Shown here: positions 33,405-41,487 of the stretch, piece by piece
Position numbering within the stretch: position 1 is the first letter of the stretch
Layout of the letters: every line of letters begins with the position of its first letter
Origin: a virus
Reading direction: 5' to 3' (one strand)
Length of the DNA stretch: 51,168 nucleotides
Virus record (IMG/VR): IMGVR_UViG_3300005831_000022
Notes under the pieces: model-generated
What the model saw: only the letters and a program-made list of their open reading frames with translations
What the model was told of the DNA's origin: nothing
Database searches by the model: none
Made by a program: the position numbers and the translations under genes

Positions 33405-36197
33405 TTGTCTGTAGATTTAGGAACTATTATGGCACGCCTATCATTGGACATTACAAATTTTGAAACAAACTTGAAGCGTGCACAAGAAGAAATGAGAAAA
33501 GCGTCAAAATCAGCCACACAATCAGCGAGTGCGTTTGATAGTATCAACAAGGTTGGAGATGGGATGCAGGATGTGGGTAAAAATCTCACAAGTGGTATAA
33601 CCGTTCCTTTGTTAGGTGTTGCAACAGCATCTGTAAAAGTGGCATCCGATTTTGAGGCTGGCATGTCAAGGGTACAAGCGTTATCAGATTCATCAAAAGA
33701 CCAAATGGAGGCACTACGAAAGAAAGCATTACAAATGGGTAAAGATACAAAGTTTAGTGCTGGAGAATCAGCCGAAGCGTTCCAATACATGGCATCAGCT
33801 GGATGGGATTCACAAGAAATGATTGACGGTATAAGTGGAGTAATGGCGTTAGCGTCAGCCGATAACTTAGACCTTGCAACAACAACAGATATTGTTACTA
33901 ACTCATTGACAGCGTTTGGAAAGACAGCAAAGGATACAAATCATTTCGCTGACGTATTAGCAAAAACAAGTTCAGGAGCGACTACAGACGTGCGAACGTT
34001 AGGTGAAAGTTTTAAATATGTTGCCCCGTTGGCTGGAGCAGTTGGTTATAGTGTGGAAGATGTATCACTTGCACTAGGTCTAATGAGTAACGCAGGTATT
34101 AAAGGTTCACAGGCAGGTACATCATTACGTTCTGCATTTGCCAACCTGTACAAACCGACGGATGCGATGGCTGTAGCAATGAAACGTTATGGAATAAAAA
34201 TGACAGATGCAAACGGTCAAATAAAACCTATGCGTGTAACACTAGAAGAGTTACGAACAAAGTTTGCAAAGATGACCAAATCACAACAGGTAAGCACGTC
34301 AGCGACGCTATTCGGTAAAGAGGCAATGAGTGGTATGCTTGCAATAATAACAGCGTCACCGAAGAAATACGATGAACTTAAGAACAGTATAGACAACGCT
34401 GACGGTTCAGCCGACAAGATGGCGAAGACATTACAAGATAATTTAAATGGTGACATAGAAGCCTTAAAAGGAAGCGTTGAAACGATGGGTATAGCAATTG
34501 GAACTGTAATGATACCTTACATGAGAAAAGCAACAAAGGTAACAACAGATTTAGCAAATGCCATGTTAGAATTAAATGAAGAACAAATACAGAGTATTAT
34601 TAAGTGGGGTTTAATTTTGGCTTCAATTGGCCCGATTATTTCGATTATTGGAACACTAGTATCATTCCTAGGTTCGTTCGCTGGGATGGTAACAACAATA
34701 TCTACATTTCTTGTGGGTGCAGGTGGATTAATACCAGCCATTGCATCATTAGGAACGGTCATGGCTGTAGCAATATCGGTAATTGGTATACTGGCAGGCG
34801 TGGGGTATTCACTTGTGGCATCTTTTGGTGGTGTAAACGGTACTGTGAAGATGCTACAAGGCACATTTGAAGAGATAAAAGCAAAAGTAATGGAATTAGC
34901 CAAGACGTGGAAACTTGATGAAAAATTTGATATGTTAAAACAGTCTGTAATAGGTCTGTTAGCAAAGTTAGGAAACATGAAAGACTTTTGGACGGTTATC
35001 ATTACAGTACTAAAGGTTGTTGCTGAAATAGTAGCAGGAACAGTCATGGTTGTTTTTTGGGCGTTCTCTGATATGCTAGGAAGCGTTATAAAGGTTATAG
35101 GTGGATTCGTGACTATGTTATCAGGTTTAGGCACTGTACTTGTTGGAGTTTTCACAGGCGATTTTGGTAAAGCTTATGAGGGTGTAATGACCATAGGTGA
35201 GGGAATCAAAGAAGCTTTTGGGGGTATGATAAGTTGGGTAATAAATGGCGTACGTGGTTTTGTGAGTACAATCATAGGATTCTTTTATACCTTGTGGGAT
35301 GTGCTAGTAGGTCACTCAATTGTACCTGATTTATGCAAAGCGATAGTAAAATTATTCGGTAACATGATTACGTGGGTTGTGAACCATGTGAAAGCGTTTA
35401 TAAACAATGTTATCACTTTCTTTGTTACGTTGTACACAAAAGTTACACAAACAATTAAGAACCTTTTCAACGGAATATACACAGTTGTATCAAGTGTAAT
35501 TTCACGAGTAAAGACAACCGTATCAAGTGGATTCGGAAGTGTAGCAAGTACAATCAAAAGCAAAGTAGACACAGCAGTTACAAATGTAAAAACAGGATTT
35601 ACAAACATGGTAAACTCCATATCTAGTAAATTGACATCAGCGAAAGGAACAATTAAAACAAAGGTGTTAGATGCATTTAAGATATTAAAAGAGTTACCAG
35701 CAAAAGCAGTACAGTGGGGCGAAGATATTGTACTAGGATTAATCAAAGGTATCAAAGCAAAAGCAAAAGAACTCACAGATAACATTGCAAATTTGGCTAG
35801 TGAGATATCAGGGTACATTGGCTTTTCAGTGCCCGAAAAAGGAGCTTTGACGGATTTTGAGACTTACATGCCTGATATGATAGATGGGTTGTCACAGACG
35901 CTATTAAAGGCATCACCGAAGCTATATAAGAGCCTTAAAGGTGTAACACAAAACATTAAGGACAGATTACAAATAACACCCGACTTAATGGGTGCGTTAG
36001 CAGGTGCAAACGTGAACGCAACAGGAGTTAACAAGTCAGTACCAGTTGACAGAACAAACACTTACAACAGTAACACGCCTACAAATATTACAATAGAAAA
36101 TATAACGGTAAGAAGTGATGCAGACATTGACAAGATATCTAAGGGATTATATCAAAAAGATACAAAGTCAATTCGTGCACTAGGAAAGCGAGGGTAA
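33405..36197 (+). CDS. Tail tape measure protein
   Basis: 930 aa. TP901-type core (GMSRVQALS...GKDTKFSAGESAEAFQYMASAGW), long hydrophobic Gly/Ala/Val middle section. TTG start after AAGGTGA. Confidence 0.9.
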   Translation: MSVDLGTIMARLSLDITNFETNLKRAQEEMRKASKSATQSASAFDSINKVGDGMQDVGKNLTSGITVPLLGVATASVKVASDFEAGMSRVQALSDSSKDQMEALRKKALQMGKDTKFSAGESAEAFQYMASAGWDSQEMIDGISGVMALASADNLDLATTTDIVTNSLTAFGKTAKDTNHFADVLAKTSSGATTDVRTLGESFKYVAPLAGAVGYSVEDVSLALGLMSNAGIKGSQAGTSLRSAFANLYKPTDAMAVAMKRYGIKMTDANGQIKPMRVTLEELRTKFAKMTKSQQVSTSATLFGKEAMSGMLAIITASPKKYDELKNSIDNADGSADKMAKTLQDNLNGDIEALKGSVETMGIAIGTVMIPYMRKATKVTTDLANAMLELNEEQIQSIIKWGLILASIGPIISIIGTLVSFLGSFAGMVTTISTFLVGAGGLIPAIASLGTVMAVAISVIGILAGVGYSLVASFGGVNGTVKMLQGTFEEIKAKVMELAKTWKLDEKFDMLKQSVIGLLAKLGNMKDFWTVIITVLKVVAEIVAGTVMVVFWAFSDMLGSVIKVIGGFVTMLSGLGTVLVGVFTGDFGKAYEGVMTIGEGIKEAFGGMISWVINGVRGFVSTIIGFFYTLWDVLVGHSIVPDLCKAIVKLFGNMITWVVNHVKAFINNVITFFVTLYTKVTQTIKNLFNGIYTVVSSVISRVKTTVSSGFGSVASTIKSKVDTAVTNVKTGFTNMVNSISSKLTSAKGTIKTKVLDAFKILKELPAKAVQWGEDIVLGLIKGIKAKAKELTDNIANLASEISGYIGFSVPEKGALTDFETYMPDMIDGLSQTLLKASPKLYKSLKGVTQNIKDRLQITPDLMGALAGANVNATGVNKSVPVDRTNTYNSNTPTNITIENITVRSDADIDKISKGLYQKDTKSIRALGKRG

Positions 36198-36200
36198 CAC

Positions 36201-37103
36201 ATGGCTGATTTAGGTATAAAGATTGATAGTAACGCAGGTTCGTATACCAATATATCTACAATGGGTTTATTACTAACAGACTACAGAGTACCGTCAGCAC
36301 CTGCAAAGAAAATTGTGGGTGTTGATATGGCAGGGGCACATGGTCTATACCCTGTTAGTGGCGTATACAGTTCGGGAAATGTTGACATTGGCGTTACAGT
36401 TACAGATACAAGCGTGACAGCAGTACAAACAAAACTAACAACTTTCTTTTCATGGTTGCATACATTAGGCACACGCTTACGCCTACAATTTTCTGATACA
36501 AGTACATACTTTAGAAAAGTAGTTTTCAGTTCGGCTGACGATATAAAAATTACGGAGGGTGTAGATAGTTGTACCGTAACATTTAGAATCATATTCGTAA
36601 TGTACGACCCATTTATATACACATCAGCACTAACATTAGTATCAACAGAAATTTGGAAGTCACCATCTAGTAACACAACGTCATACACGCACAATAATAC
36701 AGGACTACAAACACCATGCGATATTATAACGTCAAGTGTTGCGATAGACGAAACGAAGTACAACACTATTGTAAGTGGTGGAACGTTTCCAGCTGGAATG
36801 TACGGTTATAATTTTCCTGTAGTAACCGTTAACGGTGTTTCTTGTGGTATAAGTCAAAATGTACCAGTGGCAACAAATCCGACAACATACGAAGATAAAT
36901 ACTACTTGTTTGATAGTACAAACTTTAACACACGCAGATACACAGCAAGATACAATCAATATTTTGAGGGTGAATTTATTAACCTTGTGTCAGGCAATAA
37001 CGTTGTTTCATTTTCTTGTCTATCGTGGAAGTTGTTGAACGCTGAACCAATTACAGAGGGCAGGGCGTACGTCACACTTGCATATAATCGGAGGTGGTTA
37101 TAA
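36201..37103 (+). CDS. Distal tail protein (Dit)
   Basis: 300 aa immediately after the TMP gene. Assigned from synteny. Confidence 0.65.
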   Translation: MADLGIKIDSNAGSYTNISTMGLLLTDYRVPSAPAKKIVGVDMAGAHGLYPVSGVYSSGNVDIGVTVTDTSVTAVQTKLTTFFSWLHTLGTRLRLQFSDTSTYFRKVVFSSADDIKITEGVDSCTVTFRIIFVMYDPFIYTSALTLVSTEIWKSPSSNTTSYTHNNTGLQTPCDIITSSVAIDETKYNTIVSGGTFPAGMYGYNFPVVTVNGVSCGISQNVPVATNPTTYEDKYYLFDSTNFNTRRYTARYNQYFEGEFINLVSGNNVVSFSCLSWKLLNAEPITEGRAYVTLAYNRRWL

Positions 37104-38579
37104 ATGGGGATATATCCAATTTATAGAACAGATTATGACAGCGAAGAAACTATGCGAATGTATGTACTTAACACAGCGTATGACATAAAGATTCCTAGAG
37201 AGATAGTAACAGAAACAACAGGATACGAAACACTTTCTTTTGTTTTGCCTGCTGACTATAACGAAACGTGGGAAATAGTAAATCTTGATGGTGTTACCGT
37301 AAGAGATTACATACAAAATGAATGTTTCATAGAAATAGATGATACAGTGTTTATTGTACGTTCAACCACAAAGGATGCAGAATCAAATACATTTACAGTG
37401 TATGCAGAAGCTAGATGGTATTCACTAGCACAACAACGTATTCCCTCTACCCTCGCAGTGCAAAACTACCTAGCACCATCAGACTATGTTACGCAGATAT
37501 TAAGTATAAACATGGATGGGTGGACGTTCGGTTATACCTATCTTACATACAGTGATAATTTTTACATGATATTTGATATTGCAGAAAATACTTTGTCAGC
37601 CTTACGCAAGTTACAAAAGGTTTTAAACTGTGAACTTATATTTGATACCGTAAATTTAACAGTTTCTTTATATAGTCCTACACAGGATGCAGAGGGCAAC
37701 TTTAAAGTTCGTTCAAATGATGTGTTTTCTTATAGTCGTAACGTATCCAACATGACTTTGTTAACAGATACAACAGAAATGTATACAGCTGTTACAATCT
37801 ACGGTAAAAACAACCTGACTATTTCTTCAATCAATCCATCAGGCGAAAAGTTCTTGACTGACACGTCATGGTACACTAACAGAGGATTGTACCCACGTCT
37901 AAGATTTTACGTGGCACATGATGACAGGTTCACGGTTAAAAGTAGTTTGATGGCGTACATACAAACAGTATTAAACAAAGTAAAAGTTCCTAAGTATACA
38001 TTAGAAGTAACAGCCCTAGCACTAGACACAGATTTAAAGATAGGTAACTTTGTTTACTTCTTTGACCACGAACAAGGCATACACCAAGAAGTTAGGGTTG
38101 TCAGGTATGAAAAGGATGTGTTACAACCACATCTAAGCACATTGACATTGGACAACACAACATTAACAAGCACAACAACACAACTAAGCAACGAGTTAAG
38201 TATAAGTGATATTCAACAACAGATTGCAGACAGTGGATGGATAAACCCGACTTTAAACTCACGTTTCGAACCGTACTATGCAGGCGTAGAAGTTGAATAC
38301 AGAATGATTGGTAAAATGGTTGAAATAAGAGGACAAGTAAAACCGACAAGCACAATCGTAGGCAGTGCCACAACATATCCTATTTTCACATTAGTAAGTG
38401 GTTTTAGACCTGTACAGAATGTAGATAGAATCATGCATGGTAGCACTGTTACAAATTGGTTGTTACGTATTACAACAGATGGCGTTGTTTCATTCTCACG
38501 TCTAGTTGAGGGTGGTGTATATGTGGATGCAACAACTACACATTGGTTACCATTTAGCGTCATGTTTATGGTGGACTAG
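37104..38579 (+). CDS. Tail-associated protein (Tal / prophage-tail family) with a C-terminal receptor-binding-like head domain
   Basis: Follows Dit. C-terminal GWINPTLNSRFEPYY...VEIRGQVKP...GFRP...WLPFSVMF resembles RBP head domains. Confidence 0.65.
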   Translation: MGIYPIYRTDYDSEETMRMYVLNTAYDIKIPREIVTETTGYETLSFVLPADYNETWEIVNLDGVTVRDYIQNECFIEIDDTVFIVRSTTKDAESNTFTVYAEARWYSLAQQRIPSTLAVQNYLAPSDYVTQILSINMDGWTFGYTYLTYSDNFYMIFDIAENTLSALRKLQKVLNCELIFDTVNLTVSLYSPTQDAEGNFKVRSNDVFSYSRNVSNMTLLTDTTEMYTAVTIYGKNNLTISSINPSGEKFLTDTSWYTNRGLYPRLRFYVAHDDRFTVKSSLMAYIQTVLNKVKVPKYTLEVTALALDTDLKIGNFVYFFDHEQGIHQEVRVVRYEKDVLQPHLSTLTLDNTTLTSTTTQLSNELSISDIQQQIADSGWINPTLNSRFEPYYAGVEVEYRMIGKMVEIRGQVKPTSTIVGSATTYPIFTLVSGFRPVQNVDRIMHGSTVTNWLLRITTDGVVSFSRLVEGGVYVDATTTHWLPFSVMFMVD

Positions 38580-38627
38580 ATGAACACACAAGATAAAAAT
38601 AAAAACCTTAATAAAGGAGATTCAAGC

Positions 38628-39146
38628 ATGAAAACAATACAAGCATTAAGCAACATTCTATCAATGGTTATGGGTGAAAAATCATTGAATTATTGGGCGT
38701 TACTGATTGGGATAATTGCAAGCTGTACAACGGAAATATTTGGAGGTTACGACATGCCTTTGAAAACTCTTGTAATACTCGCTGTAATTGATATAATCAC
38801 AGGACTATTAAAAGCGTTCTCTACAGGTACATTATCAAGCAAAGTGAATACAAAAGGACTAGCAAAAAAATTCTGCATGTTCTTAATCGTTGCGTGTTCT
38901 GTACAACTAGAAACACTTTACAACGTACCATTGCATGAGGGTGCAGTGTCATTTTATATCTTTAATGAAATACTTTCCATTTTGGAAAATGTAGATAAGA
39001 TGGTTGACCTACCACCCCAAATTATGGAGTTCGTTAATAAAATAAGAAATAATAATATTAGTGAAACGAACAGAAAAGAACAACAGAAAAAAGAAGAAGA
39101 AACAAAAGAAGATATTAGTGATTCTGACGATAGTATTAAAGGATAA
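38628..39146 (+). CDS. Holin (phage_holin_4 / Hol44-like)
   Basis: ATG after AAAGGAG. Three to four TM segments (LLIGIIASC, VILAVIDIITGLLKA, FCMFLIVACSV, FYIFNEILSILEN) and a charged C-terminus. Confidence 0.75.
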   Translation: MKTIQALSNILSMVMGEKSLNYWALLIGIIASCTTEIFGGYDMPLKTLVILAVIDIITGLLKAFSTGTLSSKVNTKGLAKKFCMFLIVACSVQLETLYNVPLHEGAVSFYIFNEILSILENVDKMVDLPPQIMEFVNKIRNNNISETNRKEQQKKEEETKEDISDSDDSIKG

Positions 39147-39192
39147 TATAAACGTATTGACTGACAGCATGTTGAAACTCACAGATTTAATT

Positions 39193-39270
39193 TTAAGCAC
39201 TTGTAACCTATGCGACGGTATGTAAACCTACCTAGTGTATTTACAGGTGCTTAAATTTGATTTTAGAGCG
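39193..39270 (+). terminator. Large-loop hairpin terminator closing the late operon
   Basis: TTAAGCACTTGTAA (39193..39206) pairs with TTACAGGTGCTTAA (39241..39254), with one G-U pair. ATTTGATTTT follows. Confidence 0.65.
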
Positions 39271-39304
39271 TTTTAAACAATTTTAACTTTTTTTAAAATA
39301 TATA

Positions 39305-39333
39305 TTTACAAATTAAAACATTTATGATATACT
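39305..39333 (+). promoter_or_regulatory. Sigma-70/sigma-A type promoter (extended -10)
   Basis: TTTACA (39305..39310), 17 nt spacer, TGaTATACT (-10 at 39328..39333). Confidence 0.7.
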
Positions 39334-39360
39334 TAAGGAGTGTTAAAAACACAGAGAATA

Positions 39361-39372
39361 TTTCAATTGAAA
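39361..39372 (+). promoter_or_regulatory. Mini-hairpin box TTTC-AATT-GAAA
   Basis: Perfect palindrome, directly followed by AGAGGAAAA. Confidence 0.6.
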
Positions 39373-39386
39373 AGAGGAAAAGAAAA

Positions 39387-39671
39387 ATGAAAAAATGTCT
39401 ATGGGTATCATCCCAACCAATCACAAGGGAACAAAAGTCACAAATAATGGAGAGGTTACAATGTAATTTCGTTTGTGACTTATGCGACAGGGAAATTGAT
39501 TCTGTCGATGTTCTGTTTGAAATGGCAGAACAAAGCGATACAATTATTGTAGATATGGCAACAGCCCCGAAAGAGGTTGTAAGCTGGATAGATACAATAA
39601 TAAACCTTGCACCTATTAAGGGTAAACAGATAATAATCTTACGTGATAGACGTAAGAACAACAGAAGATAA
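39387..39671 (+). CDS. Hypothetical protein (94 aa)
   Basis: ATG after AAGAGGAAAAG. The track start at 39324 would overlap the promoter. Confidence 0.55.
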   Translation: MKKCLWVSSQPITREQKSQIMERLQCNFVCDLCDREIDSVDVLFEMAEQSDTIIVDMATAPKEVVSWIDTIINLAPIKGKQIIILRDRRKNNRR

Positions 39672-39687
39672 GAAAAGGAGTAAACAA

Positions 39688-39918
39688 ATGGCGTTACATC
39701 AAGAAAATAAATGGTGTTTCGTCATTTGTATTCACAGGAAGATTCTGCGTTTTGCCTGTTGGATTGACAACACAGACGCATTTGTGAAGTACCTACATGA
39801 ACAAGGTTATGAGTTCATAAAAGTATTTGAGCCTGTACGTACAGATGACGGACTAGACCACCTTACAGACGAACAAATGAAAGAAATAATAAAATTAAAG
39901 AAAGAGTGCATAGCATAA
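39688..39918 (+). CDS. Hypothetical protein (76 aa)
   Basis: ATG 8 nt after AAAGGAG. Confidence 0.55.
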   Translation: MALHQENKWCFVICIHRKILRFACWIDNTDAFVKYLHEQGYEFIKVFEPVRTDDGLDHLTDEQMKEIIKLKKECIA

Positions 39919-39930
39919 GAGGGAAACGAA

Positions 39931-40263
39931 ATGAAAGCAAATTTGAGACTACTAAACGTAAAAGATTCGTGTAAGGTTGCATTAGATTCACATTGCATCA
40001 CACACGACAGCATATTGTTAACAAACTTGTGGGATGGTAACACAGTAATTGCAAGTATAGACGGTATAATAACAAAATGCACAATTGGGACAGTTGACGA
40101 TTTTACTACACGTACAAACAAAAACCTAGGTAATAAAATATTTATTACTTTGAGGGTGCAAGCAGATGAAAGCATTGGAATAACAAGGGAGTACAAGTTT
40201 TCACTTACATGCACAGCATCAAAAGACGGAAAAGATAATTTTGTAGTTCATAGAATACAATAA
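39931..40263 (+). CDS. Hypothetical protein (110 aa)
   Basis: RBS AGAGGGAAA upstream of the ATG. Confidence 0.55.
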   Translation: MKANLRLLNVKDSCKVALDSHCITHDSILLTNLWDGNTVIASIDGIITKCTIGTVDDFTTRTNKNLGNKIFITLRVQADESIGITREYKFSLTCTASKDGKDNFVVHRIQ

Positions 40264-40271
40264 AAAAACAA

Positions 40272-40300
40272 TTGACTTTTTACCTGACATATGATATACT
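40272..40300 (+). promoter_or_regulatory. Sigma-70/sigma-A type promoter (extended -10)
   Basis: TTGACT (40272..40277), 17 nt spacer, TGaTATACT (-10 at 40295..40300). Confidence 0.8.
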
Positions 40301-40306
40301 TATATA

Positions 40307-40430
40307 GTCGGACGATATCCGACAAGCCTTGTGATATTACCCATGATATCGGTGTACGTGTTTGTCAGTCATGTACATTACACAGTCAAACGTGTACAAG
40401 GCTATTACTGTAATTACAGTAAATAAAATA
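40307..40430 (+). ncRNA. Structured 5' leader with mutually exclusive helices and an 18-bp perfect palindrome
   Basis: GTCGG/CCGAC (40307..40323) competes with CGATATC (40313..40319)/GATATCG (40345..40351). AGCCTTGT (40325..40332) pairs with ACAAGGCT (40396..40403). Palindrome TTACTGTAATTACAGTAA lies at 40405..40422. Confidence 0.5.
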
Positions 40431-40442
40431 CCTTGATAAAGG
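40431..40442 (+). promoter_or_regulatory. Mini-hairpin box CCTT-GATA-AAGG
   Basis: Perfect arms. The 3' arm overlaps the RBS AAGGAG. Confidence 0.5.
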
Positions 40443-40454
40443 AGAGAAAGAACA

Positions 40455-40952
40455 ATGAAAAAAGAATTAATGAAAGAACCTTATTTAAAGGCGTCAAAGC
40501 GTGTCGATTTGCTAGATATAGCGAAAGAGCTAAATATAAAGGGAAGACACGCACAAAAGAAGCAGGAATTAATTGCTAACATTTTGCAGGCGTACAGTTT
40601 GCAAGAACCAATGATACAAGAAGTAACAGAAGTAACAGAAGAAGATAACAAAGTGGTGGAAAAGCGTGAATACATTGCTAACGCACCACTAGGAACACCA
40701 GTGGCATTTTCAACACCTAACGGAACGTATACAGGATTTATTGTTAATCGTTCACGCCAACAAGGAAAGTTAATGATACAAGAGAGTAACAAAGATGGCA
40801 CGAAAACAAACGTGTGCCACACTGTAAAATTCGATGACGTGTTATGGGTGAAGTACGGTGCACGTTACCCACGCAACATTTATGCAATGATATTAGAAAC
40901 GCATAGAAAAAAGGAGCGTGAACAGGGTGGAGCAGACGCACAACAAATATAG
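40455..40952 (+). CDS. HeH/Rho_N-like domain protein
   Basis: N-terminal KRVDLLDIAKELNIKGRHAQKKQELIANILQAY. Beta-rich C-terminal domain. Confidence 0.5.
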   Translation: MKKELMKEPYLKASKRVDLLDIAKELNIKGRHAQKKQELIANILQAYSLQEPMIQEVTEVTEEDNKVVEKREYIANAPLGTPVAFSTPNGTYTGFIVNRSRQQGKLMIQESNKDGTKTNVCHTVKFDDVLWVKYGARYPRNIYAMILETHRKKEREQGGADAQQI

Positions 40953-41475
40953 TGGTGTAGAACTAACCAAACAAATAAACAAAATGTACACGTTAAAGCA
41001 AGAGTTAAAACGTGTGCAAGAAGAATACGAAACAAAAGTAAATGAAACAAAACATATAATTAAAAACTACATGGACGAAATAAAAGCAAATACAGTTACA
41101 TGTAGTATAAATGATATGTCAGCCGATTGGGATGACGTGGAACTTAAGGCAAGTTTAACACAGCACACCAAGATTATTTTTGACGCTGACAAGCTACACG
41201 AAAGATTAAAAGCTAAACCATTTGTTAACAGTGTAATAAACAAAACATATACCGTTAACGATTGGCAACAGTTAGCAAACACGCTACAAAAGTATAAAGT
41301 ACCTGCACACGAGGTAACAAAGTACATAACAGTTACAAAACAAGTGGACACGAAGTTACTAGACCATTATAGTAATTTAGGCGATGTTACACTTGAAGAG
41401 ATACAAGGAACATACACAGTACAAACGAGCGAACCGAGTTTACAAGTTCGCACTGTAAAAATTACTGACAAGTGA
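40918..41475 (+). CDS. Hypothetical coiled-coil protein (start uncertain: 40918, 40927 or 40984)
   Basis: N-terminal coiled coil. No confident family assignment. Confidence 0.45.
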   Translation: MNRVEQTHNKYSGVELTKQINKMYTLKQELKRVQEEYETKVNETKHIIKNYMDEIKANTVTCSINDMSADWDDVELKASLTQHTKIIFDADKLHERLKAKPFVNSVINKTYTVNDWQQLANTLQKYKVPAHEVTKYITVTKQVDTKLLDHYSNLGDVTLEEIQGTYTVQTSEPSLQVRTVKITDK

Positions 41476-41487
41476 GGTAATACATTG

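Noticed and set aside
40405-40422. Palindrome TTACTGTAATTACAGTAA as an SOS (LexA) box.
   Set aside because: It has CTGT-N4-ACAG spacing, not the CTGT-N8-ACAG of gamma-proteobacterial LexA boxes. It is also unrelated to the Firmicutes GAAC-N4-GTTC consensus.
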